This document shows, in pieces, positions 16,475 to 24,734 of a DNA stretch of 42,338 nt. Positions within the stretch are counted from its first letter, which is position 1; the number at the start of each line of letters is the position of its first letter. This DNA is from a virus. Both the position numbers and the translations under genes were made by a program. Where the stretch lies: IMG/VR virus record IMGVR_UViG_3300009360_000004, one strand, 5' to 3'. The notes beneath the pieces are model-generated. The model ran no database searches and had not been told where the DNA came from. It saw only the letters and a list, made by a program, of their open reading frames with translations.

Positions 16475-17599
16475 ATGAACAATCAATCGTGGACGGAATA
16501 CGAAGAAAAGAAAGCTGTCGAACTGCGAAACCGCGGGCTCACGTACCCGGAGATCGCGGCCGAGTTCCAGAAAGACGAACTTTGCCAGCCCAGGACCTCG
16601 GAGAGCATACGGCTCAGGACCTATGCCCTGACGGGGAAGACGCGTATCAAACCGAAACACAAAGAAAAACCAGCCTCAAAACCCACGGAAGAACCAGCCT
16701 CGAAGATCATCGACATACTCAAGCAACGCCGGGTAGCCACGCTGACCGAGCTGGCCGACGAGCTGGACACTTCTCCCCGTCGCACGAAAGAGGGCGTGCA
16801 GTCTCTCATCGCCGAGGGGAAGCGGCTGGAGCTGAAAGGCGAGACTGTGGAATTCATGGCCCCGAAAGGCGGAAAGACGACGACCTTGAAATCCGAGGAC
16901 GACGGCTGGTGCCGGTTCGGGCTGGTGTCGGACACGCATCTCGGTTCGAAGAAACAACAGATATCCGCGCTCAGGGACTTCTATCGTGAACTGAAGGCGC
17001 GCGGCATCACGAAGGCTTTCCACTCGGGCGACTGGGTGGCCGGGAAAAACATCTATCGTGGGCAGGAATACGAGCTTTTCTTGCACAGCATGAGAGAGCA
17101 GAAAGAGTATTTGATCCAGGAATACCCGGACGAGGGGATCGAGACAATCGGGATAGTGGGAAACCACGACTTTGCCTGGTCCGCGCTCGCGGGAGATTCG
17201 ATACTCGAAATGGCCGCGATGGTCCGCCCCGATATCAAGATCGTGGGTGAGTACCAGGCATTCGTCGAATGGAACGGCTTCAGGTTCTCGCTGCACCATC
17301 CAGACGGTGGGCAAGCATACGCGATCAGTTACAAACTTCAGAAACTCGTGGAGTCTTTCACAGCCGAGAACCTCCCCGACTTCGTGGTGATGGGCCACTT
17401 CCACCAAAAGGAATACGTGACCATCCGCGGTGTCGAGTGTTTCCAGCCAGGTTGCTTCGAGGCGCAGTCGCCGTACTTGATACGAAAGAACCTCCACCCA
17501 GCTATTGGAGGCTGGATTGTGGAGGCTCAGCGAAAAGAAAACCGCACACATATCATAGCAGAGTTTCTCAGTTATAAACCACTTGAACGGGACTGGTGA
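16475..17599 (+). CDS. HTH domain fused to calcineurin-like metallophosphoesterase
   Basis: 374 aa from ATG 16475 (RBS gggaggt). N-terminal HTH-like segments (LTYPEIAAEF; ATLTELADEL); C-terminal MPP motifs GLVSDTHLG, HSGDWVAG, GIVGNHDF, GHFHQ. Confidence 0.6.
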   Translation: MNNQSWTEYEEKKAVELRNRGLTYPEIAAEFQKDELCQPRTSESIRLRTYALTGKTRIKPKHKEKPASKPTEEPASKIIDILKQRRVATLTELADELDTSPRRTKEGVQSLIAEGKRLELKGETVEFMAPKGGKTTTLKSEDDGWCRFGLVSDTHLGSKKQQISALRDFYRELKARGITKAFHSGDWVAGKNIYRGQEYELFLHSMREQKEYLIQEYPDEGIETIGIVGNHDFAWSALAGDSILEMAAMVRPDIKIVGEYQAFVEWNGFRFSLHHPDGGQAYAISYKLQKLVESFTAENLPDFVVMGHFHQKEYVTIRGVECFQPGCFEAQSPYLIRKNLHPAIGGWIVEAQRKENRTHIIAEFLSYKPLERDW

Positions 17600-17886
17600 T
17601 AGACATGGCCGATGAATGCAAATATGCACACGATATTGAGCGAATGAAAACCGATACAACTGTTCTGTTGACAAAAATGGATGATGTTCAAAAGGATGTA
17701 GACAAGCTCGGCAATAAGATAGACAAACTCTCGGATGACTTGCATAACGGCCTAGTTGAAGAAAAGGTAGAAAAGGCCATAGATGCGAGAAACGGTAGAC
17801 TGCTGATGAAAATAATCTTTGCCGTAGTCAGCTCCACTTTCGGATTTGAGCTCGTTGCAAAATGGTTAAGCGGGTTGTTCAAATGA
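17596..17886 (+). CDS. Coiled-coil protein with C-terminal transmembrane helix (holin/spanin-like candidate)
   Basis: 96 aa ORF (GTG 17596 or ATG 17605); C-terminal hydrophobic segment IIFAVVSSTFGFELVAKWL. Confidence 0.4.
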   Translation: MIDMADECKYAHDIERMKTDTTVLLTKMDDVQKDVDKLGNKIDKLSDDLHNGLVEEKVEKAIDARNGRLLMKIIFAVVSSTFGFELVAKWLSGLFK

Positions 17887-17955
17887 AGTTTTTTCGTAGT
17901 TCTGCTCATAACTTTCCTAGCAGCTCAAGTTTCAACAATGGAGGTTGATACTCCA

Positions 17956-18420
17956 ATGGGCATAAAACTCGACTTCATCGAGAAGTACCGCAGCGACGCT
18001 ATTCTCGTCGGGCTGGCCTGTGACTTTCCTCCGATCATTCTTCTCGTGCAGGCCGCGCTCGAGACAGGCTGGGGGAGGCATATGGTCGGGAACAATCTGT
18101 TCGGTATCAAGGACGTTCCCTGGATTCCCGGGAGTGTGGAAAAAGAAACGACTGAATTTGATACTGTATGGAAAACTGAGACACACAGCTTTGAAACGTT
18201 CGACTCTCCTATCCAGTGCATGGTTGCGTATGTAGTAAAAATACGTACAGAACCAAGATATAGTACAGCCTGGAAATTCAGACATGAACCCACAACGTAC
18301 TTCGAAGAACTCCAGAAAGCAGGCTATGCCACAGATCCAGACTACGCTAAAAAACTTGTACGCATTTTTGATACATTCCCCGAATGGGAGGTGGATGATG
18401 CCAGCACCCAAAACGATTAA
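17956..18420 (+). CDS. Endolysin, glucosaminidase (N-acetylglucosaminidase-like) domain
   Basis: ATG 17956 preceded by ggaggt RBS (track ORF starts at 17938); motif VQAALETGWGRHMVGNNLFGIK typical of the glucosaminidase/FlgJ-type lysozyme family. Confidence 0.65.
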   Translation: MGIKLDFIEKYRSDAILVGLACDFPPIILLVQAALETGWGRHMVGNNLFGIKDVPWIPGSVEKETTEFDTVWKTETHSFETFDSPIQCMVAYVVKIRTEPRYSTAWKFRHEPTTYFEELQKAGYATDPDYAKKLVRIFDTFPEWEVDDASTQND

Positions 18421-18736
18421 GCTCGGAGCTTTCGAGTGGGGAGTCATGTTCAACGAAATCACGCAGGAGTGCGCCGAAGAATTCGACAACGAACCCCAGA
18501 ACGTTCTGGGATTCACGGACAGAAGAAACCTGGTCATGTACATCGACAAAACGCTCACACCGCAGGTGTTGAAGAGCACCTTCTTGCACGAGCTGGTCCA
18601 CGCGATGGGCGACTCGTTTGGACTCGGTTTCGAGGATACCGAGAATGAGGGTGCCGTCAACAAAATCGCGAATGCTTTCTACAACTTCATCAAACAAAAT
18701 CCAAAAGCCGTTGAGTGGCTGATAAAGGAGGAATAG
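18395..18736 (+). CDS. Small HExxH protein (putative zinc metallopeptidase)
   Basis: 113 aa from ATG 18395 (RBS gggaggtgg), overlapping the endolysin 3-prime end; motif FLHELVHAMGDSFGLGFED. Confidence 0.45.
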   Translation: MMPAPKTIKLGAFEWGVMFNEITQECAEEFDNEPQNVLGFTDRRNLVMYIDKTLTPQVLKSTFLHELVHAMGDSFGLGFEDTENEGAVNKIANAFYNFIKQNPKAVEWLIKEE

Positions 18737-18738
18737 AC

Positions 18739-19035
18739 GTGTTTGAAAAGATTCTAAATATCCTGAAACAGGGTGCCAAGTTTCTGAAAGATTCGGGCCT
18801 GGACATCACGGAAATAAAGGAGATAGTGAAAAAGAAGATAGAAGAGCTGGTCGAAAAGGCGATCGACTTCAAGATCGACTTTCTCGAATATCTGCTTGAG
18901 AGAATCATTATCATAGCGGTGAACATCGCGATCGACAGGTTCGTCGACGAGATCTTCGAGAACGACGAGAAAGCCGCAGCTCTTCCAGTTGATGCTCCCG
19001 AAGCCGAGATAGCCAAAGCCATATTCACAAAGTAG
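18739..19035 (+). CDS. Hypothetical protein
   Basis: 98 aa from GTG 18739, 8 nt after aaaggagg RBS; the GTG at 18715 lies inside the upstream gene. Confidence 0.4.
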   Translation: MFEKILNILKQGAKFLKDSGLDITEIKEIVKKKIEELVEKAIDFKIDFLEYLLERIIIIAVNIAIDRFVDEIFENDEKAAALPVDAPEAEIAKAIFTK

Positions 19036-19060
19036 TTACCCCTCCCGTGTTCTGGCACCG

Positions 19061-19090
19061 CGCCCCCTGGCGAAAGCTGGGGGGCTTTTC
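19061..19090 (+). terminator. Rho-independent terminator with GAAA tetraloop
   Basis: gccccctggc-gaaa-gctggggggc hairpin (about 10 bp stem) followed by ttttctt. Confidence 0.65.
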
Positions 19091-19204
19091 TTGTTGCTTA
19101 TCATATGTATAGATTCGTTACTTATACTTTACTCTACTTTTATTGTAGATAGCATTATATCATGATATACTTTAGTTAAGGAAGCACAAAGAGGAGGGGT
19201 AGAG

Positions 19205-19480
19205 ATGAAAGAGAGAAGAGATGTAGAAGAAATTCTGAAGGCTGGCGAACACGTTGGAGATTACGGAGTCCACTACGAATATAACCCAAAGGTTGAAGAA
19301 GTTGAAGAGAGTGTCTATGACTGGATTGAAAACAAAGGAAGCATCATGTTTCTCGACAGAGAGAAAATCGATTTTCTCAAGAACAGCAACGACAAGTCCA
19401 TAGCCGACGAAATTAACAAGAGAACCAACAACGGCGAAAACATTGGAACGGTTATTGCAGAGATTATGGAGAGGGCCTGA
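19205..19480 (+). CDS. Hypothetical protein (AT-rich island)
   Basis: 91 aa ORF, RBS gaggagggg before ATG; first gene after an AT-rich promoter-like region. Confidence 0.45.
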   Translation: MKERRDVEEILKAGEHVGDYGVHYEYNPKVEEVEESVYDWIENKGSIMFLDREKIDFLKNSNDKSIADEINKRTNNGENIGTVIAEIMERA

Positions 19481-19482
19481 AA

Positions 19483-19890
19483 ATGGCCCAGCTCCTTTTC
19501 AGAACTTCGGATGAACTAGCGAAAGAATACAAGGTATGGTTGGCAAAGAACGAAAGAACGATGAAAGAGCATCTGGAAGAGATAATACTGGCGGAGGTAT
19601 GGAAGATGAGATTCAACGAGAGAGCAAAGGAGGAACTGTTAGACAAAGTTATCTACGAAGGCGAAATCGAAGTCATTGAAAATCTGAAGGTTGAGCCGTG
19701 GTTTCAGGGAAGATTTAAGGAGGCTCCAAACGCTCCGGAAAGGTATTCTTTGTTTCAGGAAATAACCAAAAGAGGCATTGCCAAGCTTTGGGAAAAGGAA
19801 GAGTTCCCAGCGAAGGGTTCGTTCGTTCTTGAAGTTATTCACGAAATCAGCATTAATAACAGAGAGTTCAGACTGTTCTTTGTGGAATAG
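19483..19890 (+). CDS. Hypothetical protein, possible ribbon-helix-helix-like N-terminus
   Basis: 135 aa ORF; N-terminus LLFRTSDELAKEYKVWLAKNERTMKEHLEEIIL loosely resembles Arc/CopG-type RHH segments. Confidence 0.35.
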   Translation: MAQLLFRTSDELAKEYKVWLAKNERTMKEHLEEIILAEVWKMRFNERAKEELLDKVIYEGEIEVIENLKVEPWFQGRFKEAPNAPERYSLFQEITKRGIAKLWEKEEFPAKGSFVLEVIHEISINNREFRLFFVE

Positions 19891-19953
19891 CAACAGCTCA
19901 AATTGCTAGCCTCCCCGAAGGGAGGCTCCACAGAAAACAAAGGGGGAGTAGAA

Positions 19954-20229
19954 ATGACAAAGAGAGAACTGATTTCCATTGTTAGAAAAGAAAGAGAGAA
20001 CTGGGACAACTGCGATCTTGAACCCGCTATCGTGGCGGCACTTGACAGAGACAACTTGTGGGATGCTGCTAGAAAGCTGATCCCTGACGAGTGGCTCGCC
20101 GAAAACGGCGATCTGAACAGGGAAGAAGTGGAGAAAATGGTAGAAACCTACGGTGACGAAAACAGTTTCGATCGCTGGGCAGTCATCCTGTGGCTTTTCT
20201 CGGAGTTTGGCGAAGAGTACGACGCTTAA
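19954..20229 (+). CDS. Hypothetical acidic protein
   Basis: ATG 19954 after aaagggggag RBS (track ORF starts at 19903); ends convergent with the minus-strand gene. Confidence 0.4.
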   Translation: MTKRELISIVRKERENWDNCDLEPAIVAALDRDNLWDAARKLIPDEWLAENGDLNREEVEKMVETYGDENSFDRWAVILWLFSEFGEEYDA

Positions 20230-20849
20230 TCAGTTTCAGAATCATCGGGCGGCTTCGGTCGCCCTTTTATTTTTTCCTGGTAGTATTTTTTGTGATAGCC
20301 AGGGTTCTTTTCTTTGAATTGTTTCTGATACTCCCGGAATTTCTCTTTGTTCTCCCGATAATATTCTCTCATATACTGCCGACGCGCTTCGAGAAACGCT
20401 TCCGGGTTTTCGGCTTTTTTCTTTTGCGCCCAGCGAACGGCGAAGTACCCATGTATCGCGTTGTAGAGTTCAGGATTCTCAGCTCTCAATTTTCTGTCGC
20501 GCTTTCTGGTTCTCGCCTGTTCTTGTTCTCTATGCTCTGCATACCATCTCCGCCCACTCGCACGTTTTCGCTCAGCTCTGCAATCTTCGCACAGCCAGAT
20601 ACGAAAATATTTTGACATTTCAGAGACGTGGAGAATTTTTCCGCAATCTACACAGGCCCCATAGTCAGGTACTTCGCGTTTTTTTCTATGCTTTGCACGC
20701 CATTTGCGCGCGCTGACTCGGTTGCGCTCGGCCCGGCAGTCCTTGCATATCCAGATGCGAAATTGTTTCGGCATTTCGGAGACGTGGAGATTTTTTCCAC
20801 AGTCCATACAGGTTCCATATTCTTGCGTTTCTCGTTTTTTCTTGGCCAT
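20226..20849 (-). CDS. Tandem zinc-ribbon protein with basic C-terminal region (putative regulator)
   Basis: 207 aa, the only convincing minus-strand gene; two ~48 aa copies of YG.C.DCGK.LHVSEM.K.FRIW.C.DCRAER (C-x2-C...C-x2-C); TATAAT-type hexamer 6 nt upstream of the ATG and no Shine-Dalgarno. Confidence 0.6.
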   Translation of the reverse strand: MAKKKRETQEYGTCMDCGKNLHVSEMPKQFRIWICKDCRAERNRVSARKWRAKHRKKREVPDYGACVDCGKILHVSEMSKYFRIWLCEDCRAERKRASGRRWYAEHREQEQARTRKRDRKLRAENPELYNAIHGYFAVRWAQKKKAENPEAFLEARRQYMREYYRENKEKFREYQKQFKEKNPGYHKKYYQEKIKGRPKPPDDSETD

Positions 20850-21443
20850 AGAAAGATTATAGCAGCATCTCTGGCTTCGATAGAAGTAAGAAGATCACCC
20901 CCCAGGATCGCTCAGGTTGCATTTTTCTGTGTGCGGGTATGTATTTGTACCATGCGCCGGAGATCTTTCAACCTGGGGCGTTTTGCGAGGTCACCGGATT
21001 TTGGGAGTCGGTACAGCTTTCGACTGGCCGTCCCGTGGGGCTGCCAGTCTCAAAACCCCGGTTCTTAAATCATAGTCGAAAATAGTCACTTTTTGCCAAG
21101 TTGTGCCAAATTGTTAGAAATCTATGCGCAACTATACGAAACTAGGCGCAATCAGGCGAAACATATAGAAAGAAGTGTATAATCGCGCCTATTTGTGCAT
21201 AGTTGTCTGCAATTAACTTTGCATTACTTGACGCAACTGACTAGAATTGACTTGTAACGATCTTTGACATACACATATCAGGTTCGGGCGCATCCAAAAG
21301 GACGAGCGAGGACGAGGTTCCCTAGCGACTGATGTGTGACTATAAGTACCAAAAGGACGCTGAATCAAGGGTATCCCGCTTTTTTTATTGTGGGGCGCTT
21401 GATTGAGCGCCTTTTTTTATATCAATCGAAAGGAGTGATAAAC
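20850..21443. promoter_or_regulatory. Divergent regulatory region between the minus-strand regulator and the + strand early genes
   Basis: ~590 bp without a convincing ORF; TTGAC-type hexamers (21228-21269), TGTATAAT at 21176-21183, direct repeats ttgccaag / tgccaaattg and gcgcaa; the ORF-track reading frames here lack RBS. Confidence 0.5.
21394..21418 (+). terminator. Rho-independent terminator or attenuator upstream of the 21444 gene
   Basis: ggcgcttgattgagcgcc hairpin followed by seven T. Confidence 0.5.
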
Positions 21444-21632
21444 GTGGAAAGCACCGTGTTAGTCAGCGCCAGGGCGTTTGCGAAAAAGAACGGGATTGAC
21501 CCATGTGTGTTGAACGGCTTGATAAACCAGTACAAGATTAAGCCCGACGCACGATACGGCAAAGCCCGGCTCTTCAGGCCCGAACGCCTTCAGGGCATCG
21601 TCGATAATCTTGAAACCGTAATGAAAAGATAA
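21444..21632 (+). CDS. Small hypothetical protein (possible DNA-binding)
   Basis: 62 aa from GTG 21444, 5 nt after aaaggagtga RBS; the longer track ORF from 21336 spans the terminator hairpin. Confidence 0.4.
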   Translation: MESTVLVSARAFAKKNGIDPCVLNGLINQYKIKPDARYGKARLFRPERLQGIVDNLETVMKR

Positions 21633-21840
21633 CCCGACCTGCGAAACACCTCCTTGTGTTGAGTACCAACCCCCTTTCCGTCGGCAGCTTGAGACCCTGT
21701 CGGCGGTTTTTGAAACGAGTTTCGAAAGATAGCACCAAAAACTCAAGAAAGGAGGACCTCCTAAACCTATGTTCGGGCGCTGGAATGTGTCCGGCGCTCA
21801 ATTTTTGAAGTGAGAAAGCGAGATAGAAAGGAGGGGAAAG

Positions 21841-22140
21841 ATGAAAAGTATTGAAGTGAAGTTCGGAATTGGTGACATTGTATGCCCGACTCTTAATGCG
21901 GAGTTCGGCAAGATTGACAGAATGGCGGTGGAGCAAATCGAAATCAAGAAAGGGAGAAGGCGCTACCAAACAGACAACGGAGATTATTACCGTGAAGAGC
22001 AATTGGTTTCTGAAGCTGAGGCGTTCGACCTTGCCATTGCATACCACAAGCGGCAAGCCGAAATGCTCATCGAGGCAGCAACAGAAAAGCTGTGCCGGGT
22101 AGCAGAAGTAGAAGAACTCGTCCAGCAAGCAGAAGACTGA
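21841..22140 (+). CDS. Hypothetical protein
   Basis: 99 aa ORF with ggagggg RBS. Confidence 0.45.
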   Translation: MKSIEVKFGIGDIVCPTLNAEFGKIDRMAVEQIEIKKGRRRYQTDNGDYYREEQLVSEAEAFDLAIAYHKRQAEMLIEAATEKLCRVAEVEELVQQAED

Positions 22141-22411
22141 TTCTTTCTCACTGCCAGTCATCGCGGCTGGCAGTCGGAAACAATCAGTTCCAAAAATCAT
22201 GAAAGGAGGCTCCACTTGCGGCTATGCCGCTGGCAGCGTCCGGTTTCAGATGGGTTTCCGGGCGCATATCACAGTTCATAAGCAGTGGACGAAACACGAC
22301 GGCGTAGAGGCATGTAGCCTCCGCCGTCTTTTTGAGGAAAATTAAGACGATCAGACGCATCGTGAAGGTCGCGAAAGCGGCCAAAAAACTTACTGAGGGA
22401 GGAAGAAAAAG

Positions 22412-22597
22412 ATGACCAGAAGAGAGAGACCGTACCACGAGATCATAAGTAACGAGTACCCGCTGTACGAAGGCTCTAGCACCCAGCAGGCAATGAAGGT
22501 CTGGGAGGACGCGATCGCCGAACAGCTCGACGTCCAGTGGTACATAAACGGCGTTCGTTACAAGGTTAGCGGAAAGCCTTCGAGAGTTGCGGTATGA
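22412..22597 (+). CDS. Hypothetical protein
   Basis: 61 aa ORF with gggagg RBS. Confidence 0.4.
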   Translation: MTRRERPYHEIISNEYPLYEGSSTQQAMKVWEDAIAEQLDVQWYINGVRYKVSGKPSRVAV

Positions 22598-22767
22598 GCG
22601 GAAGAATCGAGGAGCTCAAGAACGAAATCAAGGACCTGATCGAGAGACAGGAAGCCGTGAAAGATCCTGTGGAGAAGATGGTTTATCAGGATCTCATAGC
22701 CGAGAAGGGCGCGGAACTGGAAGACCTGGAGCGGGAGTTCGGAGAACTGGCCCGCCAGTACGTATGA
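22594..22767 (+). CDS. Small coiled-coil protein
   Basis: 57-codon ORF, ATG overlapping the upstream stop (ATGA); below the ORF-track length cut-off. Confidence 0.35.
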   Translation: MSGRIEELKNEIKDLIERQEAVKDPVEKMVYQDLIAEKGAELEDLEREFGELARQYV

Positions 22768-22835
22768 AAAAAGCCGCTTTGCCGAGCGGCTCGAAACCTG
22801 AATATTCACAAGAAGTATAACACGAGGTGATCTAC

Positions 22836-24464
22836 ATGAGCAACGCGATAGTCAAGAACGGAAAGATCGGCCTCAAGTCCAGCATCAGCGAGTATCAGAA
22901 GTGCAAGCAGATACCCGGCGGGTACTGGAGCGGAAAGGCGAAGAGGTGGATCTACCCGGCTACGCCCGCCACAGCGAAGAGAATCCACGAACAGTTCAAG
23001 GAAGACCTTTCATACGACCTCGACTTTATGAACCTCCTCAAGGCAGCCGACGCGGTAGTCAGGAACCAGTCGTTCAAAGACGCGAACGACCTGCCCGATG
23101 TGCCGGTGTCGTTCACGAAGGCATGGCGGCACCAGAAACAGGCGTTCTGGTTTGCAAAGGATCTCAGAGCGGCGATGCTTGCTATGAGCATGGGCACTGG
23201 AAAGTCGAAAGTAGCCGTGGACCTGGTGGTCAACCGGAACCATAAGAAGACGCTCATAGTATGCCCGAAGTCGGTCGGGGCAGTCTGGCCCGACCAGTTC
23301 AAGATCCACAGCCCACAGACGAGAGTCATTGTATGCCTGGACCTGACGAGCGAGAAAGGCACGGTCGAGAAGAAGACGATCAAGGCCGGAGAGTTTCTCG
23401 AGCTGGCAAGAATCAAGGGCCAGCAAGCGGTAGTGATCATAAACTACGATTCTCTCTGGCGAAAGCCGTTCGGTGAATGGACAATGAAACAGGAATTCGA
23501 CCTCGTGATTCTCGACGAGTCGCACAGAATTAAGACCCCCGGATCTCAGGTCGGGAAGTTCGCGGCCAGGCTCGGTCGCACTGCAAAGTACAGGCTGGCC
23601 TTGACCGGAACGCCCATGCCCCACAGTCCGATGGATATCTATTCTCAGTATCGCTTCCTCGACACCGGGATATTCGGCACTTCGTTCGTGGCGTTCAAGA
23701 ACCGGTACGCGATCACGGGAGGCTTTCAGGGCCACGAGGTCATAGGCTGGCAGAACGAGGAGGAGATGAACAGGAAGTTCTTCTCCATCGCGTACAAGGC
23801 TGACAAATCGGTGATCCAACTCCCGGAGTACATGGACGTTTACAGGAAGGCCGAGCTTACGCCCAAAGCAATGAAAACTTACCGGGAATTGGAAGAAATT
23901 TTCTGGACTGATGTGGAGAAGGGCGAAGTAACAGCCGCGAATGCGCTTACCAGACTTCTCAGACTCCAGCAAGTCACTTCGGGGTACGTCACCACAGACG
24001 AGAGGGACGAAGTCGAGATCGACACGAGCAAGGCCGAGCTTCTGGCAGACATTATCGAAGACATTGAGATTGAAGAACCAGTCGCGGTGTTCGCCAGATT
24101 TCGGCACGATATCAGGACGATCAAGAAGACTTTCGAGAAGGCCGGGCGGTCCTGTGCGGAGCTGTCGGGTTCGGCAAATGAACTGAAGGACTGGCAGGAC
24201 GGAAAGTTCAACTCGATCGTGGTTCAGATCCAGTCCGGTGGCCTGGGCATCTCGCTGGTCCGCGCGAGGTACTGCATTTACTACTCGCTCGGATTCAGTC
24301 TCGGAGATTATGAGCAATCGAGGGCGAGAGTCCACAGACCGGGGCAGGAAAGAGAGGTCGTCTATATCCATCTGCTTATGAAAGACACGATAGACGAGAA
24401 GGTGTACGGAGCATTGAAAAAGAAGAGAGATGTTGTGCGAAGCATTCTCGACAGGGTGGTGTGA
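22836..24464 (+). CDS. SNF2-family helicase (DEAD/DEAH-box, SF2)
   Basis: ~543 aa from ATG 22836; Walker A MGTGKS, DEXH box LDESHRIK, SNF2-type LTGTPMPHSPMD, C-terminal helicase domain. Confidence 0.8.
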   Translation: MSNAIVKNGKIGLKSSISEYQKCKQIPGGYWSGKAKRWIYPATPATAKRIHEQFKEDLSYDLDFMNLLKAADAVVRNQSFKDANDLPDVPVSFTKAWRHQKQAFWFAKDLRAAMLAMSMGTGKSKVAVDLVVNRNHKKTLIVCPKSVGAVWPDQFKIHSPQTRVIVCLDLTSEKGTVEKKTIKAGEFLELARIKGQQAVVIINYDSLWRKPFGEWTMKQEFDLVILDESHRIKTPGSQVGKFAARLGRTAKYRLALTGTPMPHSPMDIYSQYRFLDTGIFGTSFVAFKNRYAITGGFQGHEVIGWQNEEEMNRKFFSIAYKADKSVIQLPEYMDVYRKAELTPKAMKTYRELEEIFWTDVEKGEVTAANALTRLLRLQQVTSGYVTTDERDEVEIDTSKAELLADIIEDIEIEEPVAVFARFRHDIRTIKKTFEKAGRSCAELSGSANELKDWQDGKFNSIVVQIQSGGLGISLVRARYCIYYSLGFSLGDYEQSRARVHRPGQEREVVYIHLLMKDTIDEKVYGALKKKRDVVRSILDRVV

Positions 24465-24465
24465 G

Positions 24466-24639
24466 ATGGAAGCACCCAGATTTGAAATCGGGAAAATACT
24501 GAAGCTGAACGGTCGGTTGGTCAGAATCGAAGATGTGGAACCGGGATGGGTTTACATACTCGATACCGGGGATTTCGCTTTCGAGCACGAACTGGAGGAA
24601 ACCGAAAATGAACTTTATTCTTCAGGTATACACAGGTAG
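24466..24639 (+). CDS. Small hypothetical protein
   Basis: 57 aa from ATG 24466, 2 nt after the SNF2 stop. Confidence 0.35.
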   Translation: MEAPRFEIGKILKLNGRLVRIEDVEPGWVYILDTGDFAFEHELEETENELYSSGIHR

Positions 24640-24734
24640 CCCATTCAGAGATTCGCCGTATTTCCCTATCTATATCGTTTCACAGAGAAAGTTACTTTAT
24701 AGAATCATGAATCTGAATTGAAGGAGGAATAGAC

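Noticed and set aside
20628-21068. ORF of 146 aa on the + strand inside the regulatory gap (and ORF 20190-20615 overlapping the minus-strand gene)
   Set aside because: No RBS, GTG/TTG-type start, Arg-rich low-complexity product; overlaps the minus-strand gene and its promoter region; more likely non-coding.
22773-22790. Hairpin gccgct-ttgccg-agcggc after the 22594-22767 ORF as a + strand terminator
   Set aside because: The T-run needed for intrinsic termination is absent on the + strand (the A-run precedes the hairpin), so it would act on the minus strand if at all; left unannotated.
22587-22820. ORF-track entry 22587-22820 (77 aa, Arg/Gly-rich)
   Set aside because: Out of frame with the better-supported small ORF 22594-22767, which has a coupled ATG; composition looks like an alternative frame of coding sequence.
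23010-24371. Long minus-strand ORF (453 aa) antisense to the SNF2 helicase gene; similar long antisense ORFs at 16676-17674, 25760-26725, 6770-7570, 40274-41347 and 21574-22215
   Set aside because: They lie entirely inside well-supported + strand genes, have no RBS or recognisable motifs, and show Arg/Leu/Ser-rich composition typical of antisense frames of coding DNA.
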